64,000 nucleotides of DNA from Antedon mediterranea (Eukaryota > Animalia > Echinodermata): contig NC_092670.1 of assembly GCF_964355755.1 (NCBI RefSeq), positions 17,966,795 to 18,030,794 of the forward strand. The letters are read 5' to 3'. Position 1 is the stretch's first letter, and every line of letters starts with the position of its first letter. This document shows positions 40,622 through 53,420 of this stretch, piece after piece. The position numbers and the translations under genes were made by a program. The notes beneath the pieces were generated by a model. The model ran no database searches. It worked only from the letters and a program-made list of their open reading frames with translations, and was not told the DNA's origin.

Positions 40622-43600
40622 ATGCCGGATAGTTGTTGTCGGCACAGGAAATCAAAGTGTTACAATAATTGTTATCGTTCTTCCTCACCTGTATTGAACC
40701 ACGAATTGTTGAATATGTTAAGTGCTGTGGATCGCGGTTATGTCGGAACACAAATACCATATTCCTATCCAGGTTTGCTTGAAACTACTAACTTTACAAC
40801 GTATTTATCGTCTGATGCGACGACTCTAGGAGACACAGCTGACAATTCAGATAACTTCTCCATTCATCGATTGTTAAATTACGGACATACTGAAAAAAGC
40901 AACCAAGCCTACGAAGCTGTAACAAACAAACAAGAAGATACTAAAAATACAACTACTTCTACCTTAACACAGAATTGTATCCAAGGGCCTGTGTCGTCAG
41001 AAATCAGTGAAAATAAAGAAGCTTCGTCGTACCCACATCCTGGCTTTCATCAATCGTTTTTCGCTGCGTCTGCGGTGACGTTAAACGATGCTTCCTCAGC
41101 CCAGGTATCTCAACCAGATCAGCCGTACGTCGCTCCTCCGGCTAGCGTCGTTCCATCAAACGGTGAACATACGCCAAATGTTACCAGGGAGCCAGAGAAA
41201 ACATTACCAGATGCCCAGGACTTGCCATTGAGCCGTTGTGTACAATCTAAAGTGTCAGTGTTTCTATGCAATCGAGAATTGTGGTTAAAATTCCACCAAC
41301 ATGGCACCGAGATGATTATTACAAAACAAGGAAGGTAAGTTCATTTAAGTATTACATTCTTTATTTCTCCGTGTAATAATAATAATCTCAAATATCGTTG
41401 TTATTGGTCAAGCATAAGAATTAGTACAAACGTAAAAGGGTGGTAAAAGTATCAACATACCAGATGATAGACTTCTGTGAATTATATAATTACACGTTTT
41501 TTAGGGATTGACGTTGTTGGGGTTGGGATACATTAATTAATTGTTATAATATTTTTTATGTTAAGTTTCTTTAAAGTTTGTAAGTAAATACATTTATAAT
41601 TTTAAAAAAATACTGCATCTTTCACCATAAAAGAATGACCGTGGAGTAGGGCCTACTTAAAATATTTGTAAATTCGAACATTTTGATAGTGTTTCGTAAT
41701 CGCATCGATTGTTTTTGTTGCCTAATTGGAACTGTATTCATGACTAATAGTGAGAACTACCACTTGAAACTGTTGTCAAGATTTCTTCCAAAGTACAATA
41801 ATCCACAAGTTGTTGAGAATCCTTAACACGTGTTTCATTGTTAATTTTCTAGGAACGAAATAGAAGCGTTGCCGATAATCCTTATCGCCGATAAACCCTT
41901 TAAAACATAATCTTTGATTAGTGTTATCATCGGCGGTATTTAACATCAGTTTAAGGGTTACTTGTATAGTATCTGATTGATAGCATGGATGAATGCATAT
42001 TATAGGCGGATGATCCTCGCCGACAGCACAGTTTATTTATTTTGTATAATCCGTACCGGAAATAATAAGGCAAATAGGTTATTGCAATTAGTAACATTCA
42101 AATAAATACGATATATAATAATTATACTCTTCCCTGGTTAAACTTACATTTACTGATTTATTATTATGTAAATGTACATGTAGGCAATAAATACATAAAC
42201 AAATACATGCCGAAATCACCCTAGTAAATGTATATTCACAATTTAGTAACTTTTCAAGAATATCGAACGATAATATGAAATGTCTAATACATCCCTCACA
42301 ACTCACGCAATATTCATCAAAATGAATTCAACTGTTTATTTTCTACAAGAAACAAACAATTAATATTAATTTGGTGACAAAAGTAATTCTAATGCTTTTT
42401 ATAAATCCAAAGGCAACTTAGTGAAAAAAACTAGATCTCAATTAATGAAGATACAACATAAAATAAGCAAAAACAATCATAAAGTAAAACAGCCAGAAAA
42501 ATTAGCAGAGTTTTCGGGCAACACTGGCCTTTCATAGTACAAGTTCTGCTTTTTATATTATTTTTACAGTACTGTACTAATACAGTATTTCATTTAAATT
42601 AAAAGGTATCCTCGCTGAATTTTTAGTTATTAGGCCTAATCTATATTTTATTATATCTATATTCAAGGTCACGTGGGGTTCTATGGCTGCTTTATCTGTA
42701 ATTACAATTCGACAAAGATGAGAACAAATTTGTTTAATAAAAGGTTGTTTAGCATCAAAATAATAAATGTGTTTATTTTCTTACACAGGCGGATATTCCC
42801 ACAGTTAGGTTTCCGCCTAGCCGGTCTGAACCCGACTTCAACCTACAATGTGTTTGTAGACATGCCTCTTGCTGACCCAAACCAGTGGAAGTTTCAAGGA
42901 GGAAAATGGGTTCCGACAGGCCAAGCTGAACACCTTCCAAAGGGTAAGGAAAAATAGAATTAATTTAAAATTAAGCTGTGTCTACACTCAAACCTGATGT
43001 GACAACAAAATGTTTGCTCATAATGAGCATGATGACGTCATATCACTACCATTTGAGCATTTTGTTGTCACATAAAGCTTGATAGTGTAAACAGAGCATT
43101 CGACAAAAAGAGAGGTAATGAAAATAATAGAAAACTACTGTATATACAAGAAATTAGTATGATGTAGAACATAGTAGGCCTACAAAGTAAAATGTTTAAC
43201 AATATCACACATAAATTGATATATTCTGTGGGCTAATGAATTGAGTACAGTACGTAGGCCCTATATCCATTGTCGATAGCTAAACGTGCTGAAGCCAACT
43301 AAACGCGCAGGAAATTTAACAAGAGGATTCTTTAAAAAAGTTTATAATCTATAGAGGGCGCTATGGCAATTTCTGTGGTTGCAAATCGTTTTGATAGTAT
43401 AGGCAGGGAGTTGTATAGGTTATGCATGGGTTATGTTTGCATTTTGCAGGGAATACGATGTACATGCACCCAGACTCTCCGAACACTGGCGAACATTGGA
43501 TGAAACAAGACATAACGTTTAACAAACTCAAATTGACCAATAACAAAGGAAAAGAAAATGGATACGTAAGTGAATATTTATACTTTTAGATCATTTTTAA

Positions 43601-45336
43601 TTATGTATCAGAAGAGGTATAGTTTCCACTGTCCTTCAATTTTACATACGAAAAAATGCGTACCAGATTACTCGTAAATGGTATTGTTTTAACTATACTA
43701 TAGTATTTTATTCATTCTCTTTTTCAGATTGTTCTTAATTCGATGCACAAGTACCAACCTCGTATACACGTAATGGATATTAGTGAGCGCTACAAGATGC
43801 TAACACACTGTTTTCCAGAAACTCAATTCTACGCAGTCACAGCTTATCAAAACACAGACGTACGTACTTTGCAATATTAAGATTGGTTGCCACTAGGACG
43901 CAACGCAACTTGATAATGAGAGGAAGTCATGGTTCGACGTTTCGATCTTTATTGGATCATCGTCTCTGATGCATCCAGAGATCAAAACATTCAATCATGG
44001 CGTCCCTGTCATTTTTAAAGTTTTTCTAGTACATCATCTATTTAAAAGTCTAAGTACCTTCTTTATGTCATGCTGCGTGCGCAGACAAATGACAGAAATA
44101 CTTTCGCAACAATGGATACATTTCAATTGAGATGCAAATACATAAGATAACATCAATCGTTGGAAAAACACTATTCCTTCGTCTAATATTAATAGTATAA
44201 TAATCTAGTTCTCTATATTACAGGTTACACAACTAAAGATCGACTATAACCCATTTGCAAAAGGATTCCGAGACAGTTATGACGGGTAAGTTCACATACA
44301 GTTTTTACACTTTAAAATGTCAAAGGTCAGCAAACATTTCAACATGTACAAGACCGCTTACACTAGTGAAGTCATGTATGTTTGACAAACGTTAATAGAA
44401 CCCGGCCTAGTGATCGGTTCCGACTCTGGGGAGGCAACGCAAAAATACGCGCTACTAATTGACCAATCACATGCGACAGATAATTCACAATTTCGCACAT
44501 GAATGGTCAATTACTAGCGTCATTGCGTTGCCTTCTAATGGGAACCAATCATTAATTAACATTATTAAAATTCTTTACATTATGCATTGTAATTTACCGA
44601 AATAAATATTGCTTTTATTATCTCTATTCATAGATCGCGCGATCATCATCATCATCACCCATCAACGACACTACATTCTAAAGGACACTCACAATTAGCT
44701 TATCCATATAAACCAATCCACCAGCATCCGATGCCAGGGATAATGCACGTTGGACAAATGGCAGAAAATATGTCGTATTACCGACATCCACAAAACAATT
44801 TTCAGATTGGACCACATGCCGTTGATCACTTTCAAGGACGAAACTACCAACCGCATCATACGTCATACAACACGCGGGACTTATTACTAGCAACGACAAC
44901 GCAGCAGACCAACTTGAAGCAACAACTACAGTCTATTTATTCATCACCACCAATCACAACCGAACAAATCGCTCACACAGAAATCGACCTACAACTATCG
45001 AATCCTAACTGGTTAGACACAACAACCCCTATAAACCAAGTATACCCGGAATCGGTCGATCGGAAACGAAAGCGAGAAGCCGACAGTACCGACGGTAGCG
45101 ATTCGTCATCTTCAACATTCCGAAACGGACAATTGCAAATAGACACGAACAATAGATACAATGGTTACCATGGAAACATTAGATACCAAGAACTGTACTC
45201 CAATAGTGACACCCAAACTCCTTATTTTGATCAAACAGTCATTAGCGCCGAAGCACATTATGGTACTAGTGGATCCAACAATGTACATTCGGTGTTAAAA
45301 TCTATGAGACAGACATGTTATGAGCAGGCGCAGTAG
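40622..45336 (+). CDS. tbr: T-brain / Eomesodermin (Tbr1 subfamily) T-box transcription factor, ~626 aa
   Basis: Exons 40622-41334, 42789-42943, 43450-43565, 43728-43859, 44224-44285 and 44634-45336, all in phase. T-box: [115 protein letters not shown] and QGGKWV are typical of Tbr1/Eomes/Tbx21. The start Met is uncertain. Confidence 0.95.
42430..42545 (-). mobile_element. Penelope-like pseudo-LTR relic with a degenerate hammerhead-ribozyme core
   Basis: Minus strand reads gtaCT-ATGA AAGGC cagtgtt GCCC GAAA AC TC tgc. Related copies at 2455-2567, 34548-34677 and 39613-39712. Confidence 0.55.
42974..43098. mobile_element. MITE family 1 copy (degenerate) in T-brain intron 2
   Basis: agctgtgtctacactc...gatagtgtaaacagagc. 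Confidence 0.7.
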
Positions 45337-46477
45337 AAAAACATAGTTTACAACATTGTATAGGCCTACACGTATGAGAATGCTTGAACAACATGACAGA
45401 CGAAGAACTGTACTCAAATAGTGACACCCAAACTCCTTATTTTGATCAAACAGTCATTAGCGCCGAAGCACATTATGGTCTAGTGGATCCAACAATGTAC
45501 ATTCGGTGTTAAAATCTACGAGACAGACATGTTATGAGCAGGCGCAGTAGAAGAACATAGTTTACAACATTGTATAGGCCTACACGTATGAGCATGCGTG
45601 AACAACATGACAGACGAAGAACTGTACTCAAATAGTGACACCCAAACTCCTTATTTTGATCAAACAGTCATTAGCGCCGAAGCACATTATGGTACTAGTG
45701 GATCCAACAATGTACATTCGGTGTTAAAATCTATGAGACAGACATGTTATGAGCAGGCGCAGTAGAAGAACATAGTTTACAACATTGTATAGGCCTACAC
45801 GTATGAGCATGCGTGAACAACATGACAGACGAAGAACTGTACTCAAATAGTGACACCCAAACTCCTTACTTTGATCAAACAGTCATTAGCACCAAAGCAC
45901 ATTATGGTACTAGTGGATCCAACAATGTACATTCGGTGTTAAAATCTATGAGACAGACATGTTATGAGCAGGCGCAGGAGAAGAACATAGTTTACAACAT
46001 TGTATAGGCCTACACGTATGAGCATGCGTGAACAACATGACAGACGAAGAACTGTACTCAAATAGTGACACCCAAACTCCTTATTTTGATCAAACAGTCA
46101 TTAGCGCCGAAGCACATTATGGTACTAGTGGATCCAACAATGTACATTCGGTGTTAAAATCTATGAGACAGACATGTTATGAGCAGGCGCAGTAGAAGAA
46201 CATAGTTTACAACATTGTATAGGCCTACACGTATGAGCATGCGTGAACAACATGACAGACGAAGAACTGTACTCAAATAGTGACACCCAAACTCCTTACT
46301 TTGATCAAACAGTCATTAGCGCCAAAGCACATTATGGTACTAGTGGATCCAATAATGTACATTCGGTGTTAAAATCTATGAGACAGACATGTTATGAGCA
46401 GGCGCAGGAGAAGAACATAGTTTACAACATTGTATAGGCCTACACGTATGAGCATGCGTGAACAACATGACAGACGA
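45188..46477 (+). repeat. 6 x ~215-bp tandem duplication spanning the T-brain C-terminal codons, stop codon and proximal 3'UTR
   Basis: Unit starts (aagaactgtactc) at 45188, 45403, 45617, 45832, 46047 and 46262; copies are near-identical. Confidence 0.97.
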
Positions 46478-49109
46478 TTACTTACGATCATGCATAGAAC
46501 AATAAAATATAGGCACTATTCTACTACAGTAACAGTAGTCGATGAAGTCTGCCATATTGAATGAAAGTTGTGTGCTTTCTTGTTACTGCAGTAAGTGCAA
46601 AAATACCGCAGTCGTTAAGGGAGTAAATCTCTTATCCTTCCCTCCATACCAAAAACTACTTTTTTTACACGGATTTTCTTATATATTTCAACATTTTAGC
46701 AATAATGTACAGTATTATATATGTAACCATTACACTGTTTTATAATACAGAACGGGTTTTATAATACAGAACGGGTTTTATAATACACTGTATAATTTAA
46801 GTTGTTGTTCAATATTAAAATGTAATTGTTTTGTATTTTATTATTGGTGTTGTACATACATAGTTTGTATACTGTTTGTACGTTCTGGAATAAATGAAAA
46901 TATTTATGCAAAATTACGTCAAACTTGTTTTATTTAAAGGTTATTATCGACTGGCTGGTCGTAAGCGCCTTACATGGTTTAATGTTTCTGAAAATATATG
47001 TGACTTGTTTCATAATGGCCGCCAATGTTATATAAAATTGCGTTGTGTTAACGTCATCGTTGCGTTGCGTTCCTATTTGGGATCAAGCTTTATTTAGTAA
47101 TGGTTATTATATCAATGGAGAAATAACTTATTTCTCCATGGCTATGAGTACTGTACACGCTGTAAAGTGCTGTGCATTATACAACAAGGACTTGTTAATT
47201 AGAACAGCTTTCTGATAGTAAAGTACTTCTACCAGGCCTTTATTATAGGTCTTATATAAAGCCGATAATTGATCGTCCTTATTTTCATAATGAACAATGA
47301 ATAAAGCCCACCGTTGTGGTTGCGATATGCTCTGGTAGTTTGCTCATTGTATGCAATATTGGCGTACAATATAAATACAATTCATGGTTCACTGGTTAAT
47401 TAAAAGCAACGACGTATTTAAGTCCGTCTCATGGTGTTTGTAAATCTCCGCCCTGCATTTCTCGTTTAAAAAGATTAACGTGAAAAAGAAGGGGAGAGTT
47501 GCATTGAGTAGGCCTACGTACGACGAGATCCACTACACATTGAAGCTCCACGTAAGTTTTAGGCCTAGCATTAACTGTATATGCTACCTGAGGTAGAGTA
47601 TATGGCTCCATATACTGTAGTAACACTCGGGCGGGAAAAACTCTTATGCAATGCAATGATTATCTTTATTTATGTTATTGCAGGCGTGTAATATAGTTTC
47701 GCGCGTACTATAACAGACATAATATTACTTGAAAGACAAGCTATAGCGGAAATTACAGCGTCAAACGAGTTCCTATATATGCCAATATTACACAATTAAT
47801 TATGGCGGTATTAAACATTCATATTCACGACGTGTAGCCTACTATGTGAGTTAAGTATACAACATCACGTAGCTGTTTCTGGAAGCAATAATGAACGTAA
47901 TACGAATAAATAGGACTAAGGTTACTGTATTTGAAATAGCGATTTGTATTTCCTGTTTACTAGTTTGGCGCCATCATCAACGTTTAAAAAACAATGGCAT
48001 TTCAGGTGCAATTAAATTGTTTCTATAAGAGCTGTCTAATTAAGTGACAATTAAAAATCAGACAGTTTGCGTCATGGTTTAATCAGGGAGGTATAAAATA
48101 ATTGATAATTATTTTAATACCTCCCTGGTTAGATCATAGTTCATCAACGTGTGAATCGATAATAACACCCTTGCATTAATGCAATTAAACAAATCCGATA
48201 GGAAGCCTAACGTTATTGGCCTTGTAAAATAGATAAATGGTTTTAGCATAGAGGAAATAAATATATATTTCCCCCATGGTTATAGTAAAATACAATAAAT
48301 ACGGTACAAATCGCACGTCGATTAAATTACACGAGTCATGTATATTATATATCGTATACGTGTTTACGTCATAAATTCCGTCTTCGTAGTTGGATTTACC
48401 TGTAAGTGTAAGAGTTTGATAACGGTGGGAATTACTTGTGGGTGGGGCGCACGTCATTGTTTACAGGGCGCCGCTTGAGACACTGAAAAACAATAATTAA
48501 AGCAAAACATTTTAATTCCATTGCCTAAATTAAGATTTCGGATCAGGTGCCGTTTTCGGCCACCTCGACTTGTATGGACTATACCATTATAAAAAGATGG
48601 GAAAATAGGGGTGTCCCATTTATTAATTGAGTGTGTTAATGTGTTAAAATACTGCTCCTTTTGTTCTTTTGTTTTTCTTGTTGTTTCAGCAACAAAGGGA
48701 AAACAACTACGCCCTGCATGCTGTAGAATTAATTTCAGTTTTCAAGTTAATGCAGTATATTATAGCTCTTTATTTCTATATAATTTTTACAGATTTATAG
48801 ATACAGAAAGTATATAAAGAAAGTTTTTATTCCAGTTACAAATAAAAAATATAATTTACCTAACGATAACACAGTAGTACATTTAATAAAGATGACAGTA
48901 GTACATTTATCACATACTGATTATTAGGTATGTAAAACAATAAACATTATAATTTTGTCAGTGAATCTGTACCATTTTGTTCCCAGAAAACACAGCGTTT
49001 GACATTGCATGTTTTTAGGTTTGGTCTTTCTAAAATGTTTTAAACACGTTTTTAAACGTTTCTGTGTAGAAATACATGTTTTAATTGAACAACGTTTGCA
49101 TCAAAACGT

Positions 49110-49510
49110 TATAATAGCGAATGTAAAACGGAGCTGATAATGTCGCCATGAAGAGGATGATTGGTGTCTTCCAATATAGCATGGAATACATCGGCAAGCT
49201 GTTCGCTGTAGAACGAGTCAAGCATTTGCATACTAGACAAACCAATTACTTTCCACGCTCTACCCAGCACCTTCTCAATTCGGTCTTTATCCCCCTTACA
49301 TTCCCTTACTGATATTCCTAGCCCAATATACAATATGCCCAAATAGAACATCACTGATTAGTAAAACATAAACATTCTATAGTACAAATATCCTGCTTTA
49401 CCCCAAAGAACCGAGTTTCCTCAAGCAGTACAGCCTATTATTTAACCTCTTAACTACGATCAACATGTCCACCCATTTAGCTTTAGTCAAACACTACTGC
49501 CAGATACTTA
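49110..49510 (-). mobile_element. Degenerate LINE ORF2 fragment (Rex1/Babar-like)
   Basis: Frameshifted RLYCLRKL...KDRIEKVLGRAWKVIG...ILEDTNHPLH, typical of the region after the RT domain. Confidence 0.6.
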
Positions 49511-50279
49511 TCAATAATTGTTAACAATCTCTACTTCCTTTACTTTAATTAATGTATACTGTCAGACCAATTATGTTTTCGAAAATCAATCCTTATTTCT
49601 TTCGTTTTATTTATGTTTAGTTCAAGAAAATAAAAAATATGATTTATCTACCGATAGGATTGGGCCGATTAGAATGCATTTGCCAACATTCGTACATATT
49701 TCACAACATTATAGAGTTTAGGTAATTTAACCGATTGTAATGTAGTATTTAGGATGTTTTAATTCCGATTGTATTGTAGTATTTAAGATTTTCTAATTTC
49801 GAATCCGATTGTACAAAAATTTAAAGTGTTTAAATCTAGATAGGAATAACATAGGCCTAGTATTTAATATGCTTTAATTTTGATTATACTGTAGTGTTTA
49901 GTTTAGTTTTTATATATAATAAGTAAGTATACCTACTTATATAGTTTTTATTTATTTATTTATTCATAGGAATCACCTTTATATCGGTGTCACACATTTA
50001 TCAGTTAATGGTGCATCCAATTTACAGACAAAATTACAAATAACATAAGCCACAAAGTTCTAAATACTAATACATAACATCAAAACAAAATGTAATTAAT
50101 TAGATCTGTATGAAAATACATAATATGTAAATTGTACAATATATAACTACAAAAATAAAAACAGAACAACAAATATACAGGATAGGCCTAATAAATAAAA
50201 CTTACAGACACATCCTCATAGAGATGTCTGTAACTTGTTTACTATATTAATCAATTAGTTGAGAGAGGTAATGCGGATA

Positions 50280-50870
50280 AAATTGTAGATCTAGTAACCC
50301 ATGCTTTCATTAAATATGTTTTACAATAAAAATCAAAGATTTTTCCTAATGTTTCATTTTCAGTGAATAAATTGTCTAGCATAAAGTGGTGTTTTAACTG
50401 AGGTCCACAATTAAAATTATCCCGGTACATACTTAATTATTGTCTAACAGAGTTTAATGAAGGACATTTAAATAAAAAATGGTTTACTGTTTCTTTTTCG
50501 TTTGTACTACACATCTTACATAATCCTGTGTCATGATTTGACCAGGATTTTCTACGACCCTCAAGATCTAGAGAGTTTGATCTTGCTATAAATTTTAAAT
50601 TGATACTCTTAAAATTAGTTTTATCTAACAAATATTGTTCAAGGTTTGGTTCCTTTATACATAGTATATTCCGTTAACGTTGTTTTGCATGGAATTTCGT
50701 TTTGCTTTGGGCCTTTAAAAACCACTCGTTATGATCAACTTGTTTATTATTTTTCCTAAATGGCTTTATCCAGTTAGTAGATGGTTCTTCATTAAATTTG
50801 TCTATAAAATTTGTTTTATATAAAATATCTTTAGTTAATATAGTAATATTGTTACAAAATCTTGGCATTC
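50280..50870 (-). mobile_element. Degenerate non-LTR retrotransposon ORF2 C-terminal fragment with a CCHC motif
   Basis: KFIARSNSLDLEGRR...CKMC...ETVNHFLFKCP...R. Confidence 0.65.
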
Positions 50871-51400
50871 CCTAACACAGTAGGCCTACCTAATAATAAC
50901 ATGCCTTTTTAACATGCTAGTTTTTGATGTTCTGTATTGTTCCTTGTAGTTTGTACTGTAGGTTACATAACAGAACAATTGTATTGTCTTCCCATTAATA
51001 GACACCCTTCTCTACATAAAACATAATACACCACACCCCTATCATAATAATGGTATAGTCCATATAAGTCGAGGTGGCCGAAAACGGCACCTGATCCTAA
51101 GATTTCTTCTACCAAACCGAACCGTTCGATTCTTGTTGTTACATCGAGATTGGGAAGATTTGTGATATAGTTCGAACGATTTCGCACCTGATGAACAGCC
51201 GATTAGAACGTAAGCCTGTGATAGGCGTATTAGGATTATCATAGAGGAAGAAATAGCCTATATTTATTTTTTCCTCCAGGGGATTATTAATTCGAAACAT
51301 GCAGCTTGGACTTGAAATCATATATTCATATTAACAAAGGATAATAATAGCAGTAATATACATTATTTATTCTCAGGTGATACAGTTACGCGTATTAACA

Positions 51401-53420
51401 ATGCGCACTTGTAGGGTCACGATCAACTTCCGGGTCATTTTTTCATTAACTGCTGGTCTTTTATTATATTGGTTGATCTATGGCAAGAAAAGTTACATTC
51501 ATCGTAAGTAGTAGTATATTCACTGTTATTGGTTTGCTATTTATAAGAAGTTTTGCCACATGATCAGTGGAACACTTTCACTTTTGATTGTATTGCTCGG
51601 TGGCCTTTGACCTTTCGTTTTCGCGATGCGCCACTCGACAATCATATAGCTGTTGAGTAAAGATACAACGCAAGAACGTAAGCGCAAATGTGAAAATAAA
51701 AAAAAAAAGAACACAAGGGCACCGCAAGCAATTTGACCAATGACAACACGATGGATCATCGGAACTGTCGCTTGTGATTGGTCATTCTAACTTGCGTTGA
51801 GCTTACATCCTTGCGTTGCGTCCAAGTGGGAACCACGTTTAACATATACGTATACATTGACACATATTTATATATTTTTTCAAACTTCAGATAAGCCTAA
51901 ATTACTGGAGATGGGATTCGAGGTAGGCCCCAATGGTAAACTCACAAAGGTAAGGCAAAGTAGGGCGGGTAGCGATATTTTCCCACGGGACTAAATACTA
52001 AATAATTTCATGAATAATGCATGGTATTAGTTGATTCTATGTTGAATTACAAAACAAGATAGCCGACCTATTTCTTAAATGTAAATGTGAACCTATCCAT
52101 CTACAGTAATCGCTCTCAACTATTAAAAAAAAAACCTTTACAGATTTTGATGATGGGTAGGCCTACCCATGCTACAGTGGCCGTATTCACCAATCACACT
52201 TAAGTGAGATATTTCCCTTAAATACTACGCATTTCACTTAACATAACTCAATGAATATAAAAATAATATAAAGTATTTCCCTTAAATTGTATTCACTTAA
52301 ATTTTTGTTATTTTACGGGTGTTTCTCTTAGCCTAAGTGTGAATACGGCTACAGGTCCGCAACCTGAAGTCACATTAAGCCGCGGCCACACAACTGGTAA
52401 AACAAATGGCATAAACTATTTGATAATCTATATCCATGTTTCTATACCACCCCTATAATTTAAGTCATAATTAATCTTATAAATGATTCATGATATTATG
52501 TTTTTTGTAGGTTGCAAAAAATTTATGTTTTTTTCTCATTCTTTCTTAAGCGCCTGGACAGCGTCCGAAATATGATGATAGAGAGTGGACAATTGAAAAG
52601 AAGACGTCTTTTCCATCAGCACTGTAGTAGACGTCATAACAATCTGTCGCACTACACCAAGAGGCACTTGTACGTATTGGACGAGTATAAATTAATGTAT
52701 TGCTTCATCCCAAAGGTAGGCTGCAGTAATTGGAAGCGAATATTGATGGTCCTTCACGGGGAAAGAACAAGTGTCGATGGCCTAACATCTGAAGAAGTCC
52801 ATGCGCAGAGCAAATTACCTTTCTTTCATAAATACACAAATCAACAGCAAGAACATGCCATATCAAATTATACCAAATTTTTCTTCGTTAGACACCCGTT
52901 CAAACGTGTTCTCTCTGTATATAAAAACAAATTCGAAAACTTGCAAAATTACCAGGCAAAACCATTGTTTCAAAACTACGGTAAAAAGATAATCAAACGG
53001 TGGCGGAAAAATCCAACTCAGCATGACTTGGAAACAGGCGAAGGGGTAACGTGGCCAGAATTTGTCAATTATTTGATACACGTGCGCGAAAGAGAGAAAT
53101 TCGAAAAAGACGACTATTGGAGTGATCATTGGCGGGAAATGCATAAACTGTGCTCACCGTGTGAGTTGCAATACGATTTCGTTGGCAAGCTGGAAGAAAT
53201 TACGACAGAATCTAAGTATTTATTGGACAGGTTGAACATCAGTGGCAAAGTCAAGTATTTGTCCTCAGCAAGTAGCCGACCGACAAATAGTTCGGATGAG
53301 GTGACTTACAAGAGTTATTTTTCTATGCTCAGTAAGGAACATATTTTGGGATTGTGGAAATTATATAAAACCGACTTTATATTGTTTGGTTATGATAAAC
53401 CAGACTTTGTTCCAAAATAA
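51401..53420 (+). CDS. Carbohydrate sulfotransferase (HNK-1ST/CHST8-14 family, CHST11-like), type II Golgi membrane protein, ~343 aa
   Basis: Exons 51401-51503 (MRTCRV plus TM), 51891-51949 and 52551-53420, all in phase. PAPS-binding motifs YCFIPKVGCSNWKR and KFFFVRHPFKRVLSVYKNK, then DHW...LCSPC..YDFVGKLE and LYKTDFILFGY. Confidence 0.92.

Larger units (their letters stand above)
48540..51097. mobile_element. Mutator-like (MULE) non-autonomous DNA transposon containing LINE fragments
   Basis: 51-bp TIRs (GGATCAGGTGCCGTTTTCGGCCACCTCGAC...; 1 mismatch) at 48540-48590 and 51047-51097. Exact 9-bp TSD TAAGATTTC at 48531-48539 and 51098-51106. Confidence 0.88.

Noticed and set aside
45265-45276. 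ACTAGTGGATCC, matching the SpeI-BamHI part of a cloning polylinker
   Set aside because: Only a 12-nt match, in frame within T-brain (TSGS), and the flanks are not vector-like.
45813-46437. Two 64-aa ORFs as independent genes
   Set aside because: They are GTG-started copies of the T-brain tail inside the 215-bp array, with no promoter or good acceptor.
52512-52550. ORF-track start of the sulfotransferase
   Set aside because: Intronic. The phase-0 acceptor at 52550 joins upstream exons that supply the TM anchor, whereas splicing at 52510 hits a stop.
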